64,000 bases of DNA, taken from Carcharhinus amblyrhynchos (taxonomy: Eukaryota). Positions within the stretch are counted from its first letter, which is position 1. Each line of letters opens with the position of its first letter. The notes under the pieces are model-generated. The model was not told where the DNA came from, made no database searches, and saw nothing but the letters and a program-made list of their open reading frames with translations. A program made the translations under genes and the position numbers. The stretch covers positions 30,566,001 through 30,630,000 of the forward strand of contig OZ336873.1 in the NCBI GenBank assembly GCA_965287045.1, written 5' to 3'. Below, one piece after another: positions 1-12,147 of the stretch.

Positions 1-842
1 TTACAGTAATGAAAGTGGCAGCTTGGCCCACTATGTCTGTACAGGCTGAAAAATGAGCCACCCACCCTTCCTCATCTCCCCTCTAGCCTTTCTACCAATC
101 ACTCTAAAACAATGCCCCCTAGTCAGTGACATATTCATATCTTCAGTAGGGGGCAAGAGGTGGGGGGGGGGAGGAGGGGGGGGAGGAGGGGAAACACTGG
201 ATATTTTGCAAGAAAGGAAATTCTAGCATACATTCTCCTCCCTTGCCAAGGGTAAGGGCACGTACCAATTTTAGTATTTCTGCTGTCCCTTTGCCAGATG
301 AAGCATAGGCCAGGGGCTGAACCTGGGGCCTTCATAGTTTGTAAAGCTCAGCTCCTCACTGGGTAAAGGCTCGAACACTCCTGAGAGGACTATCTTCCAT
401 GAAAATGAATGTATTCAAATAATACTCTTCTGAGTCGTAATAATGAATTTCATAAAATGTAGCAATGGAAAATTCAAAGAAGTTTTGAATATGGAACCTA
501 TATTTCTGTACCTTAAGCTGCATTTAGAGAGGAATTACTCGCTGATGAAGAGCAGCAGATTCCAGTCAGAACACCTGAGTTTGAATCTAAAGTCTGCTTC
601 TCATTCTCATCGAGGTAACCTCTGTAGGCTAGTTTTGCAGCTTCTAAGCCACTGCTCGGAATTCCTAGTGATGGCAGAGCATTGCATCTCAGCTACGGTA
701 ATCAAACCTTGCCTTGTAATAAGAGCCTCATGTTGGTTTTAGACAAAGTTGCATTGTCCGCGGCCACACAGTTCTCCAGACTGCAGGCGCTCTCACCTTC
801 TTGGCTGAAGGAAGACATTGTGGGGATGAGAAAATAATAAGA

Positions 843-950
843 AAGGCTTGCATTTATATAGCACTTAAATGACCACCTGATACCTCAAAGGGTGTGACAG
901 CCTCAATGAAGCACTTTTGAAGTATTGCCACTGCTGCGATGTCGGAAACA
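843..950 (-). mobile_element. SacSINE1/DeuSINE-like SINE 3' fragment
   Basis: Begins cttgcatttatatagcac, the same tail as the longer copy at 12148. Confidence 0.55.
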
Positions 951-1354
951 ACTAAAGTGAACAAAGTAATGATACTTTTAGTTTCGTGAGAAGTTGAAAC
1001 TTCTTGTTCTTCTGTTCCGACAAGTGTAGTTCAGTGCTTAAAGGTATCTCACCTCTATATTTTGCAGGACAGAAGCTGTTAACAGGTTATTTTTCAGGGC
1101 CTGTACTTTAATTTTAATGGCTAATTTTGGTAAAACTTCCAAATTGCATGAAGAAACATGACCATCAAACCTTAATTCTTAATCATTTTTTCTTTTATGG
1201 CAAATTTTCTCCCATTCCTCCTCTTCATTTTCTGAAGTTAGTGACATGTTGAGCATAGCAGCTCTCTGGCGCCATCCTTTCTAATTCCCACTCATCATTC
1301 AAGGAAGTTATGCATTCCTCACAGTCACAACAAGAGCCTGCCCTTTTCTACACT

Positions 1355-1637
1355 GGCACAGTAGTTAGCACTACTACCTTACAGCTCCAGGGACCTGTGT
1401 TCGATTCCCAGCTTGGATCGCTTGTGTGGGGTCTGTGTCCACACAGATTTCCTCCAGGTGCTCCAGTTTCCTCCTACAGTCTGAAAGACGTGCTGGTTAG
1501 GTGCATTGACCATGCTAAATTCTCCCTCTGTGTTCCCTAACAGGCGCCTATGTGTGGTGGTTAGGGGATTTTTTTCACAGTAACTTCATTGCAGTGTTAA
1601 TGTGAGCCTACTTGTGACACTAATAAATAAAAAAACT
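1355..1637 (+). mobile_element. HE1-type V-SINE, alternative-tail variant (B)
   Basis: tRNA-like head (ggcacagtagttagcac...gttcgattccc), V-domain-like core, tail cagtaacttcattgcagtgttaatgtgagcctacttgtgacactaataaataa. Confidence 0.85.
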
Positions 1638-2103
1638 TCGGCATTTTCCAGCTGAGCTGCACCCAGCCAGGAGAATCACGGCTGATTTTCCCTTTTCCAT
1701 CTCTGAAGATCGTGACCGTTCAGTACTGGTAGATTGAACCTTTTTATTTACACTCTCTGTTTTACATGTACCATTCCATTAGCCATGGGGAACATTTTAA
1801 ATTCAATTTTTTTAAAAAAAACTTCTGTAAATATTTAAATATTATTCATTAATTATTAGTTAACTAATACCACTAAACACAGCAGGTTATAAATATGTCA
1901 TAAAATAAAAGCAGCTAATTAGAAAACTCACACTATGATAACTGTTGTGAAATCCATTAACATTCATATTTGAAATGAGATGGCCTATTTAGTTCAATTA
2001 AAATAACAAAATTTATTTTAAAAAATTCTATGTAAAACCAATGCAATTTTGACATTAGAGACGCATGTCTAGAAGTGAAAGGACATCTACAAATTTCAAA
2101 TAC

Positions 2104-2287
2104 CTCTTTGGATGTAGGTTTAATTAAACTCCTATCTCCTTTCTCACTGTCCATAGAAAGTATCGGCTTTCCGAACGATTGGCTAATACTGTCAAATCCA
2201 TTTATATCCAATTCAAAACTGACCAATAAAGTTTACAGGTCTCGATCTGCTCTTGTTCATTTCAGTTCAAGTTACTTTGATACAAGT
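2104..2287 (-). other. Candidate spliced exon (non-coding, or 5' UTR/first coding exon)
   Basis: Minus strand: acceptor ttttccccataatttgcatag| and donor AG|GTATTT. The 5' part has stops in all frames; a late ATG opens MDSEKGDRSLIKPTSKE to the donor. Confidence 0.3.
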
Positions 2288-4819
2288 CTATGCAAATTAT
2301 GGGGAAAATAAAATGAATGCATAACCATATTTAAATGTAAGTCAGATAATATCAATGGAATGTAGATGTTCTGGGTTAAGGATGTTGCAGCAAAATGCAG
2401 CATTCTAGCCTTGACTGCGGATCTTGGATGTGAAAAGTCACCTCTTATTTTACAACAAATCTCTGCTTCTAAGATGATTTTCTGGAACAGGTGCAGACCT
2501 CAAACCCAATTGTTTATCCTCACACATCTAAGCGTTCTTCATGGTGGAACTTTTTTTTCTCACACATTATCATCGCACAGCAACATAAGAAGATGTGTTT
2601 TTAAAGAAAAAAGCGTCAATCACTTCATGAAAGTTGATGCATGGGCGACATGCTTGAGGAAGTCATGAAAAAAGACATTGCCCAACCAATCAGGAATTAA
2701 TTCTAAATGATGAAAGAGTTCATGTGCCCGTGACACCGAGAGCAAAATCTCCAATATTAAAATATACCACAATTAGGACTGAAAAAATAGATTACACGCC
2801 AAGCTTTCAACCCAGCATGTCTGCCTGATCTGAAGATACACAACGTACTATTAAAACAGAAGAATGGGTTTCGGTAGCTCGACAAATGTGAGAAGTGGGT
2901 CAAATGCTGTTAACATGGAGCGACATAAGACACCGCGGCAAATAATAACTACTTCTGAACAGCCACATCATTCAGCTTCTGACATGGAAGTGTACAATTG
3001 AAAACAGCAAAGTACTCCACCAGACACCATGCCAGAGTCCTCACAACTATCACAGCACATAACAGACACCCACGAATCCCCAAACAAAAGATTTAAGTTA
3101 GTGACAGATGGCAACGTAGAGAACTTTCATCATGCCAACCAGAGCAAAAGCACCCAAAAAGGAAACCAAAATTTCTGATCACCTTCATCTGACAATATAG
3201 GGAAAAAAACTACCAGTTTATACAGCAGCCCCAGGTGGGCACAATTCTTACATAATGTTTTCCTCTTAGTAAAGTGAGCATAATGTGATAAATCTGAGAC
3301 CACAACACTACATTCCAAGTTACAAAGCACTGACAGACATCCTTGATCCCACGTTATTAATACACAGTGGGGACAGACCTTCACTTTTCAAAAAAAATGG
3401 TTTCATTGAATCAAAACAAAAGATTAAAACAAGTGGGGAAGCAAGGTGGAAACCCTGTTGAAAATGCTGTAGACAGGAGGGCAGGCAACCTATGTGAAAG
3501 ATGACAGTTCGGACATTATAATTCAAAAATAAGCTTACCGGCACAAATACCATCTTATACTCTGGTATGTGAAGTGTTAGATCTTTACAGACTCGAGTTG
3601 AGATAGGGGACAAAGCTTTAAATAGTAAAGAAAATAAATAACAATTCCTGGTGTATACAAGTAGAATTGTGGATGAAAACATGGGACAGCACAAACCTAA
3701 AGGATATCTTTGATGAATTTGCAAGATTTGCAGCTGAAATTAAACTGGGAGTCCCAATAATTGCAGACAGATATTACATGCTTATGGAAACAAAAACGTA
3801 ATAAGTCAATTCCTTCCCCTTCTATAAACGCAGAGGCCTAAACATGGATAATGTCGGTTTTAGCCACAGTCATTGGGCTCTGTAAAATCAGTAGCTTGAC
3901 AGTTATCAATTAGAATGAGCACAAGCTCTGAAATATAACCCAAGAAAAAAGACAGCAAAAAATTCAGTTTGCTAGCACTTTATAGAAAAAATAAATGAGA
4001 CTGAAATCCCTGAGACCGGCAGTACACAGATTACTGGATCTACGTTCCAACAGAACATAAATTCAGACAACAAATGAAACAATCAACTTATATTGAAATA
4101 TAAAGGATGGGCTGATCGGAAAAGATCCATTGAGCCTTCTTCAACCAAACCTGCCTGCACTCTTTTGAATAAAGCATCCTTATCTTCTGGATTTTTACAC
4201 ATCAAAACACAGCACACCAGCCAAAAGCAACTATTAAAATTTAACAGCTGCTTTTAAGTATCCAGTGGGAGTTATGTGGGCTGAGGCCGAGAAAGATGCC
4301 AACCCCTCACAGCATGGCATCCAAAAGACGTTAACACCTGGGCCTCACCCACATAGTCACCCGCCAGTCTCCTGCCAGCTGACTGGCAGAAGGGAGCAAC
4401 AAAAGGCAACTGCCTGGGACCTATAGGGATGGCCCCTGGCAATCGGCTCAGTGTTTGGGTGGTAGTTTTGGGTGGCACAGCAGTCGGGGAGGGCAGGGAA
4501 GGCCAAGATTTCCTTGTGCACTCTGGTTCCACCTGACACACAAGGAAAGTGTGTTAAAGGTGATCCTTCCATCTGTTCGAAAGGGCAGTTAAGATTACAA
4601 GCTGGAGGAATCAGGGTGGGTACACGTCACTCACCATTTTAACTTCATTTTAACCCACTCATCAGCAGGATTAACATTCATCCCTAAACCTTTATACGAT
4701 ATCACAGCAGAACAAAAAAGAATCTATTATTACAAACAGTTCTTATTGCTTCCTCTTGGAACGGAATATTTCTCAGTGTTCGGAGATGTGTTTCAGTGCA
4801 TGAATGGCCACACTTATGT

Positions 4820-5950
4820 CTGGATTTTCGCTATGACATTAAGTGTTGATTGCGGCAGAAATCTGGGACATGGCCAAAATTTACAATCCCACTCCTGAAC
4901 CTGGCGTTTTCCAGCCTTGCGGGAGCGGGACTGGAGTTGGGCTGGGGGTTATGCATGCACAGTTTGTAGAAGCAGCTGGGCGTTTAAATTATCAGCTGCC
5001 TCCACTGAGGTGGGATTTTGGAAGCATTGAGTGTGCGAATTAGAAAAGTAAGAGGAGGTCTGAACTTGGTGCATGTTTTTGCATAACTAGGAAGCTCCTT
5101 TAGAGAGGAAAGATATCCCCTTGAATAAAATCCTGGATTATGGGAAAGACAAGGCACCCTTTGGATTTGTGTAAAGTAAACATGATTATGCACTTTTTAT
5201 GTACAAAATCATTGGAACTATCTAGATGGCAAAGAGCTGTCCAGCTGTTGAGGAATGGTTCCAGCTGTTGAGGAGCTGTTAAAGAGCAGTCTAGTTGTCA
5301 AGAAACTGTTAAAGCTCTATCCAGCTGTCAAGGAACTGTTATGGAATTATCTAACTGTCCAGGAACTGTCAAGGAATTGTCCAGCTGTTCAGGAATAGTC
5401 CAGCTGTCAAGGAACTATCAAGAAATGTTTCAGCTGTTAAGGAACAGCTGAACTGTCAAAACTGTCAAAGGTATATAGGAAGTATCAAACCGATCAAAAC
5501 TATTCAGGAAATGTCAAAGTTGTGAACAAACTGTGCAAGACTACTAAGTGAGTTGGCATGGAGGGGACAAGAGAAAAGGATGGTGGATAGGAGCATGGTT
5601 TGTTATGAGTTAGCATTACGTTGGCTTTGGGGAATGGGGAAAATGGGTGTGAATAGGGGTAGAGATTGCTTTGGTTGGCACGGATGGACCACAGGGAGTG
5701 TGGGGGGTTAAGGTTGGTGAGGGGTGAGAGTGGGGGGAATGCTTTTTTATAATTTATTTTTAAAATCTGCTTAAACATGGTGCTGATGCATGGGGGCAGG
5801 CCTTGTGCCGAATCCACCTTCATACCTGCCAGCCTGCACATTCATTCAGGCATCACTTGCACTGTTTCAGCCCACCAGCAATCACAGTGCCTACCCACCC
5901 CCAGCCCAGCTACACCTACATTCCATTATCCTCTTAAACCCCCTGTGCTC
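4820..5950 (+). mobile_element. Non-autonomous DNA transposon (Harbinger-like) with internal CTGTCAAGGAA-type array
   Basis: Starts ctggattttc. Extensive similarity to 6677-7700 (gcagctggGCGtttaaat, tacaaaatcattggaact, tandem array). Confidence 0.6.
5215..5530. repeat. Degenerate ~19-20 bp tandem repeat (ccagctgtcaaggaactgt)n
   Basis: Repeated ctgtcaaggaa / ctgtccag units visible directly. Confidence 0.85.
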
Positions 5951-5968
5951 ACCCTTGTCCTACATATT

Positions 5969-6126
5969 ACATAAGAACATAAGAAATAGGAGCAGGAGTA
6001 GGCCATCTAGCCCTTCGAGCCTGCCCCGCCATTCAAGAAGATCATGGCTGATCTGTCGTGGCTCAGTTCCACTTTCCCGCCCTCTCCCCATAACCCTTAA
6101 TCCCCTCTCTTATCAAAAACCCATCA
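5969..6126 (-). mobile_element. Young CR1/HER1-type LINE, 5'-truncated 3' end
   Basis: (aacataag) tail; only about 3 differences from the 3' end of the 24664 copy. Confidence 0.9.
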
Positions 6127-6469
6127 TTACCATTAGGGTTATAAAGGGCCATTACCATGGCCCTTTATAACCCTAATGCAAGCTTAATGCCAATTGATGC
6201 CACCACATGTCCACTAAACACTACTTATCCCCCCTCCATACCAACTCACTTCATATCCACCATGGGTAAACCTCAGGAACATTGCTGATGTGTTTATTGA
6301 TGCTATCACTATTTCAAAAAACACACCGATTTTAAAAAATGCATTAAATTTCCTCCAACTAATCTCTTATGAAGACAAAGATTTCTATTCTATAATCACT
6401 TGGAGCTGTCAGTCAAACTTAACTTTCCCAAAGGTGTCCTGGGACTATATCCAAAGGGGTACCCTCCCT

Positions 6470-6608
6470 CAACACTATATTCTGCACCCTCTCCTTTCCT
6501 TCTCCCCTATGTACTTGGTGAACAATACGCCTTTTCTGTATGGTGCACAGGAAACAATACATTTCACTGTATCCCAATACATGTGTCAATAAAAAATCAA
6601 TTCAATCA
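6470..6608 (+). mobile_element. Rex1/Babar-like LINE 3' UTR fragment
   Basis: Resembles the 3' UTR at 38720-38840 (acactatattctgcac...aaacaatac...tcactgtat...aatcaa tail). Confidence 0.6.
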
Positions 6609-7064
6609 CTCAATTGAATTCAATTCCAAAAGAGTATCCTGATTTTCCAGTTGAATCCACAAGGATCAGACCCTTGGCCTGGATTTTCACCATATCAGAA
6701 AGACCATCATTGCAAACTCCCAGAAATAATTGTAATGTTGGAGTTCCACCCCGAACATAACATTTCACACCTCCATGGGGGCAGGATTGGAGTCAGGCTG
6801 GAGTTCACGCATGTGCAATTTGTGGACGCAGCTGGCCATTTAAATCACCAGGATTTAAAGTGGGATTTTGGCAGAACGGGAGTGTGGGGTCCAGAGTGTG
6901 TAGAATAGAAAAGATAAGAGGATATGTTTTGATAGTCAGGGTACCCCTTTGGAGATGTAAGGCAGCTATTGGAATAGCTAAGACACCATTTGAGAGAGGT
7001 ATGGCACCGTTCGGGATTATTAAAAGTTAACATGGTTATACATTTCTCACATACAAAATCATTG

Positions 7065-7390
7065 GAACTGTCAAGTTCTCAAAGAGATGTCCATAGTCAG
7101 GGAACTGTCTAGCTGTCAAGGTACTGTTAAACAACTGTCCAACTGTCAAGGAACCATCCAGTTGTCAAGGAACTGTTAAACAGTTCTCCACCTATCAAGG
7201 AACTGTCTAGCTGTCAAGGAACTGTCCAGCTGTAAAGGAATAGTTATAGAACTGTCCAGCTGTGAAGGACTTGTTATAGAACTGTCCAGCTGTAAAGGAA
7301 TTGTTATAGAACTATCTACCTATAAAAGAACTGTTATGGAGTTGTCCAGCTATCAGAACTGTCAAAGATATCCAAGAAGTGTCAAAGTCA
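7065..7390. repeat. Degenerate tandem array (actgtccagctgtcaagga)n
   Basis: Direct repeats visible, including three ~30 bp units of the form ttatagaactgtccagctgtaaaggaa. Confidence 0.85.
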
Positions 7391-7704
7391 TGAAGGATCT
7401 ATCCAAGGATACTAGATGATGCGGCACGAATTGGCATTAAGTTGACATGAGGGTATGGGGGCAATGGGGGTTTGGTATAGGGGCACTACATTGGCACACA
7501 GTATGAGGGCATGGGAGTGGGTGGGGGACATGGATTGCATAGAGCACATCAGGTTATGGAGGTCAGTGAGGGCAGGGGTTGGCATAGATGGGCAGAAGGA
7601 ACATATGGGGCAGGGTTGAGGGATGAGAGCCAGAGGAATTTTTCAAATTTTATTAGTACTTTTCAGTTGTTTAAACATAGCATCTCGGCATAGAGGCAGA
7701 CGGT

Positions 7705-8664
7705 GGGCCCAATTTTACCATTGCGTTGCATCTGTTTTCAGGCATGAAAGCTTGGTAAAGTTGGGTGTGAGACAATTAGGGTGATCCGTGCCCGCATGTG
7801 TGCACATGCCCATTTTACCAAGGCCTAAAATGGCTGCGATCCGAACCATGCCTGAAACAGGCATGATGTCAATTTAAATGCATTTGCATGCATTTAAATT
7901 GACAATGAGATGAATGCCCAATCTTACCTGTATTTCCCCCTTTACCATTGTGTTCACCTGTCCAGATTCAATGAGAAACAGACATGTTCGGCAAAGGTCT
8001 ATTTCTGGCACTCCAGCTTCTGAAGAGGTAAGTTCAGAGCTTCCAGTGGCTCTCTAACTCAGATCGGTGGTGCGGGGAGGAGGGAGGCAGGTCAGATCAT
8101 GCTCTGATGGCGGCGGAGGAGGGAAGCCAGATGGTTCTCTGATGGGGAGGGGGGAGAGCCGGATCCCTCTTGGAGGCAGAGGAGGTGGGCAGAAGGAGGG
8201 AAGCCAAACATTCTTGGGGTGGGGAGGGGGTGGGAGGCCAGATGGCTCGCTGGTGGGGGTCCGCTGCCACTCTGTAGGCAATTGGGGGGGGGGGGAAGCG
8301 GGGCATGGGGTTGTGATCGATCTGGTAGCAGGGAGCGGGTGGGTAAGGGGGACAGTTACGTTGTGGGGTGGGACAATATCTGTGGAGATCATCGCGCCTG
8401 GGCCGCTTTATTCACTTTTCGTGGCCCGGGAGTGATGTGACGGAGGTGTGTTTCTCAATGATTTTTCACTGCGCATGCGCAGTTCAAAGCTCCAATTGGA
8501 GCAGCAGCGTTTCAGGCACGATAAGCCCCACCCATAGTACAATTCAGATCCGCCATTTTTTTTTCAGGTTAAGTGCCTATGGGGGTGCCTGAAAGCAGGT
8601 TTACAAGTCTGATCTGGATCACTCCAAAATTTAGCACTTAGAATCAAAATGGTAAAATCATCCC
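7705..8664. mobile_element. Nested non-autonomous TIR element (Harbinger-like)
   Basis: Ends gggcccaattttaccatt and aatggtaaaatcatccc are imperfect inverted repeats; G-rich interior. Confidence 0.65.
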
Positions 8665-9004
8665 TGTCCGTTCCTCCTCGATATCCAGCAGCCTGTATTC
8701 TTTCCAGGGTCAACTGTCCAGCTCCCTGTTTCACTCTGCTTCCCCTGAATTACAATCCAACCTGTGGATAGATATTTTTGAAGATTGAGCTCACCAAGCT
8801 GGATAATCTTCTAACTCAGTGAACCCAACCCAGGGATTATAATTTGGGCCTGTTTCTGCCTGGTAAAGTCTGCACTTTGGGCTTCGGACACCTGCCTCAC
8901 CAAAACCACACACGAGTGGAGGTTGGCTTATATAGGCTGCTGCCTCTGTGAGTCAGGAATGTGCTATTTAGAATATGCCCCCTTCCCCTGCACCCTGTGA
9001 AAAT

Positions 9005-9195
9005 ACAGTAAGAAGTCTCACAACACCAGGTTAAGGTCCAACAGATTTATTTGTAGCAAACGCCACTAGCTGTTAGAACTGGCTGTTCCGAAAGCTGATG
9101 GCGTTTGCTACCAAATAAACCTGTTGGACCTTAACCTGGTGTTGTGAGACTCCTTACTATGTTTACCCCAGTACAACGCCGGCATCTTCACACCG
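9005..9195. mobile_element. Penelope pseudo-LTR-derived fold-back element
   Basis: ~65 bp inverted arms (9007-9071 / 9093-9158), flanked by duplicated tgtgaaaat (8996-9004, 9196-9204); right part matches 60430-60530. Confidence 0.75.
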
Positions 9196-9959
9196 TGTGA
9201 AAATGGCAGGGGCTGGAGTCAGGGTCTGGATTTGTGGATTTGGGCTTTTGTTGGCACTTTTGTGCAGCCAGTGAGCCTCTCCAGAGGCGGGCGTGTGTTT
9301 AGCACATTGAGCTTGCATTTTCACACAAACGGTCTTGGTGAAAATTCAGGCCCTAAGACGCCCACCTCCACTAATATTGCTCATTTTAAAGGGAGGGTGA
9401 AAATCGGATAACCTCATGCACACCACTTTCATTTGGTGGTGCGGGGGTTTGGAAACCTATTGAAAACATACCAGTTTGACAGCTCATGAAGAAAATGGAA
9501 ACTATACAGAGTCTGAACCAGTCTTGTATATATGTCCACATGCATTCCAGAGTTGTTTCTAATCCCTGTATCACCTCTTTTGTAGAAGGCCTATCGTATT
9601 AAGTAGCCGATCAAGGGCTCTCAAGGCAGAATTCCCGCACCTCAGCGCTGCTGGTCAATAGAAGCCAACAATTCTTCACTGAAGGTAGCGCCAATGTAGA
9701 AGTGATGGTAGCTGCCAGCAATGCTACTCATCAGAGGCCTAGGATGAGCGAGCGACTCCAGGTCACAGACAAGTGAGGGTGGGATGAGGGTCACAGTGTG
9801 GTCTCTATGGGAGGGAGTCAGAAGAGAGCATGGCTCTTGCCTTACTGACTTGCTCTAGTTCCCATGTTCCTGTGCACTTTGAAGTGGGAATAAAATATCA
9901 GAAGAATTTCAGAACAAACAAAAATTACACCTTTTATGTTTTTCCATTACAGACTTATG

Positions 9960-11880
9960 GATTTCTGAAAGATTTTGTTCACAAATTATATTGAATGTTT
10001 GTGAGACTTAACAGAGATAGACAAGGGTAACACAATGGCTGTGATACACATGCACTTCTAAAAACCCTTTGATAAGATGCCTTATAAGATGTTGGTAAGA
10101 ATGTTTCATGTATATGGAGTCAGGGGTACAGTGCTAGAACAGATTGCAAAGTGAAACATAATGAAAACAGAAGTTTTGGGATATTTCTCAACTGGTAAGG
10201 AGTAGGAAGTGGTGTTAGAAATATATGCTACGGTCAATGTTGCTTACTACATACAATTTCTGATTTGGACTCAGAAATTGGAGGTATGGAGCTAGATTTC
10301 CAATTGTCAGTGGGGACAGGAACGGGAGCAAAGACAATTTGAAAGTTGTGTTCTCCGAGAGTGACACTGGGTCTCACCACTTCTGGGAGTGTTCACAAAT
10401 TACAAAGTGTCTGATGGAGGGAGGGAAGGGAAACCCACTCGCTACCAATAAATGGTCTCCTTAAGCAGTTTGTTATAGGACTTAGCCAGAACATAATGGG
10501 CTTTTCAATCTTTTCTCTCTAATGAAACTGGACAGTCTGGTTTATATGTGTCAAGGCCACCGCGAGGCAAAAGAAGGATCATTTTCATTGGCTCTTCTTT
10601 GTGAAGTGTGAGGGGTCAACTGATGCCCAATCAAGTGTTGTACCTCAGTGCTCATGGCCATCTTGCACAATTTTTATCCACCTAGGCTTTTCATGAGCTG
10701 CCTCTTTTCCTCAGCAAGTCAGCCCCCTATATGGCTGCTGCCTGTCTTTGGCAGTGGTGCAGGGTGGGATGCTCCCATTTCCTGGGGGTGCTCTGTGCCT
10801 CTAATGAGGTAGTGAGCTCACCCCCTCCCCAGTCAGCCATGAACTCATCCAGGTTTTGTGTTCTCAGCAGGCCTTTCCTACTGGAAAGATCTTCTATTCC
10901 TGTCAAAGGCAATCTCCTGCAACGGATTCCCTGGTATTGACTTCAGTGGAAGATCCCACCAGCAGCCAAGGGCAAGCCATCATGGGAAAAAATGCCATGG
11001 TGGAGGCCAGAACAAATCTGTGTCAAAATCTGTTAAGTGATACCAAATTTAGGAGTACAGCTAATGATATTGGAGAGAGCATCAAAACGGAGAAGACATC
11101 AACAAATTTATCGAATGGATAGATAAATAACAATTAAAATTCAATATGGCAAAATGTCAGGTCATTCAGTTTGGTACAAGGAATAAAAAGGTTGCTTACT
11201 CCTTAGAAGGAGATAACAAAATACAATTGAGGAATGAGAGAAGCTGGGAATAAAGGAATTTAAAACCTTAAAAGTGGCAGCAAATTGATCAGGCTTGATT
11301 TCAAGAAGAATTTAATACTAAAGCAAGTGAGAAATATTAAATTTATAGAGAAGCTTGCCCAGACCACATTTGGAATATGATGTACAACTCTACTATTCAT
11401 ATTACAAAAAGCATGTTAATGCAAAGGGGAAAATGTAGAAAACATTAACAGGATTTTACTCGAATTGCGAGGATGCAGCAATTTGGAAAGATTGAGAAGG
11501 CTGGGTTCTTCCCGACTATAGACGAGGCCTGATAGAATTTGTTAAAAATTCTGAAATGGTTCACTAGGGTAAACACACTTGAGGTTGTATCCTGGAGGCG
11601 TAAATATAAGATATCCATAAACAGATCAAATCAGGAATTTTGAATGAATTTCTTTACACAGAGAGCACTGAGAAGGTGGAACTTGGTACCACATGGAGTG
11701 ATTGAAGCAGATTGCACTGACACATTTAAGGGAAGGCTTGATGCACACATGAAGGAGAAGGGAATCGAGCCAAACAGGGGAAGGGTGGGAACAGGTAATA
11801 GGAGTTGGAGGAGGCTCATGTGGAATATAAACAGCAACATAGGCCAGTTGGGCCAAATGGTGTTATAGATTCTCTGTTAT
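9960..11880 (+). mobile_element. Old CR1 LINE RT/3' fragments interrupted by a ~750 bp TIR-like insertion (~10290-11030)
   Basis: Decayed RT motifs (D-F-x-K-x-F-D-K near 10050, RPHLEY near 11360, NFFTQR..WN near 11650) and CR1 3' UTR. Confidence 0.7.
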
Positions 11881-11991
11881 ACATTCTATGCAATAAACAT
11901 GTCAGGGAGCAGAGACACACAGAAAATGTATCACTCATTTTACAATCAGCATAACTTGTTCACACCTACAATGCCTGTGAATGGTGCAGTC

Positions 11992-12006
11992 GGCACCACC
12001 TGGTGA
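11992..12006 (-). promoter_or_regulatory. Possible CTCF core motif
   Basis: Minus strand TCACCAGGTGGTGCC resembles CCASYAGRKGGCRS; motif match only. Confidence 0.25.
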
Positions 12007-12147
12007 TTTATTTTTCATAAACCATTTGGCCCTGACATGTATCTCCTATATCAGATGTTGATAGAACACTGTAGCATTTAGATGGGGTTTCATTACATCA
12101 AACCAGTGTTAGCCTGGTTCACATCCTAAGGATACAAGAGGGAAAAA

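Larger units (their letters stand above)
6676..9353 (+). mobile_element. Non-autonomous Harbinger-like DNA transposon with nested insertions
   Basis: Terminal inverted repeats ggcctggattttcacca (6677) and tggtgaaaattcaggcc (~9336-9352); same family as 4820-5950. Confidence 0.65.

Noticed and set aside
148-192. G-run cluster (potential G-quadruplex), also at 34485-34520
   Set aside because: Simple low-complexity tracts near or within repeats, with no evidence of function.
5215-7390. Repeat arrays superficially resembling CRISPR repeat-spacer units
   Set aside because: Units are degenerate and contiguous with no unique spacers, there are no cas genes, and they lie inside a vertebrate DNA transposon.
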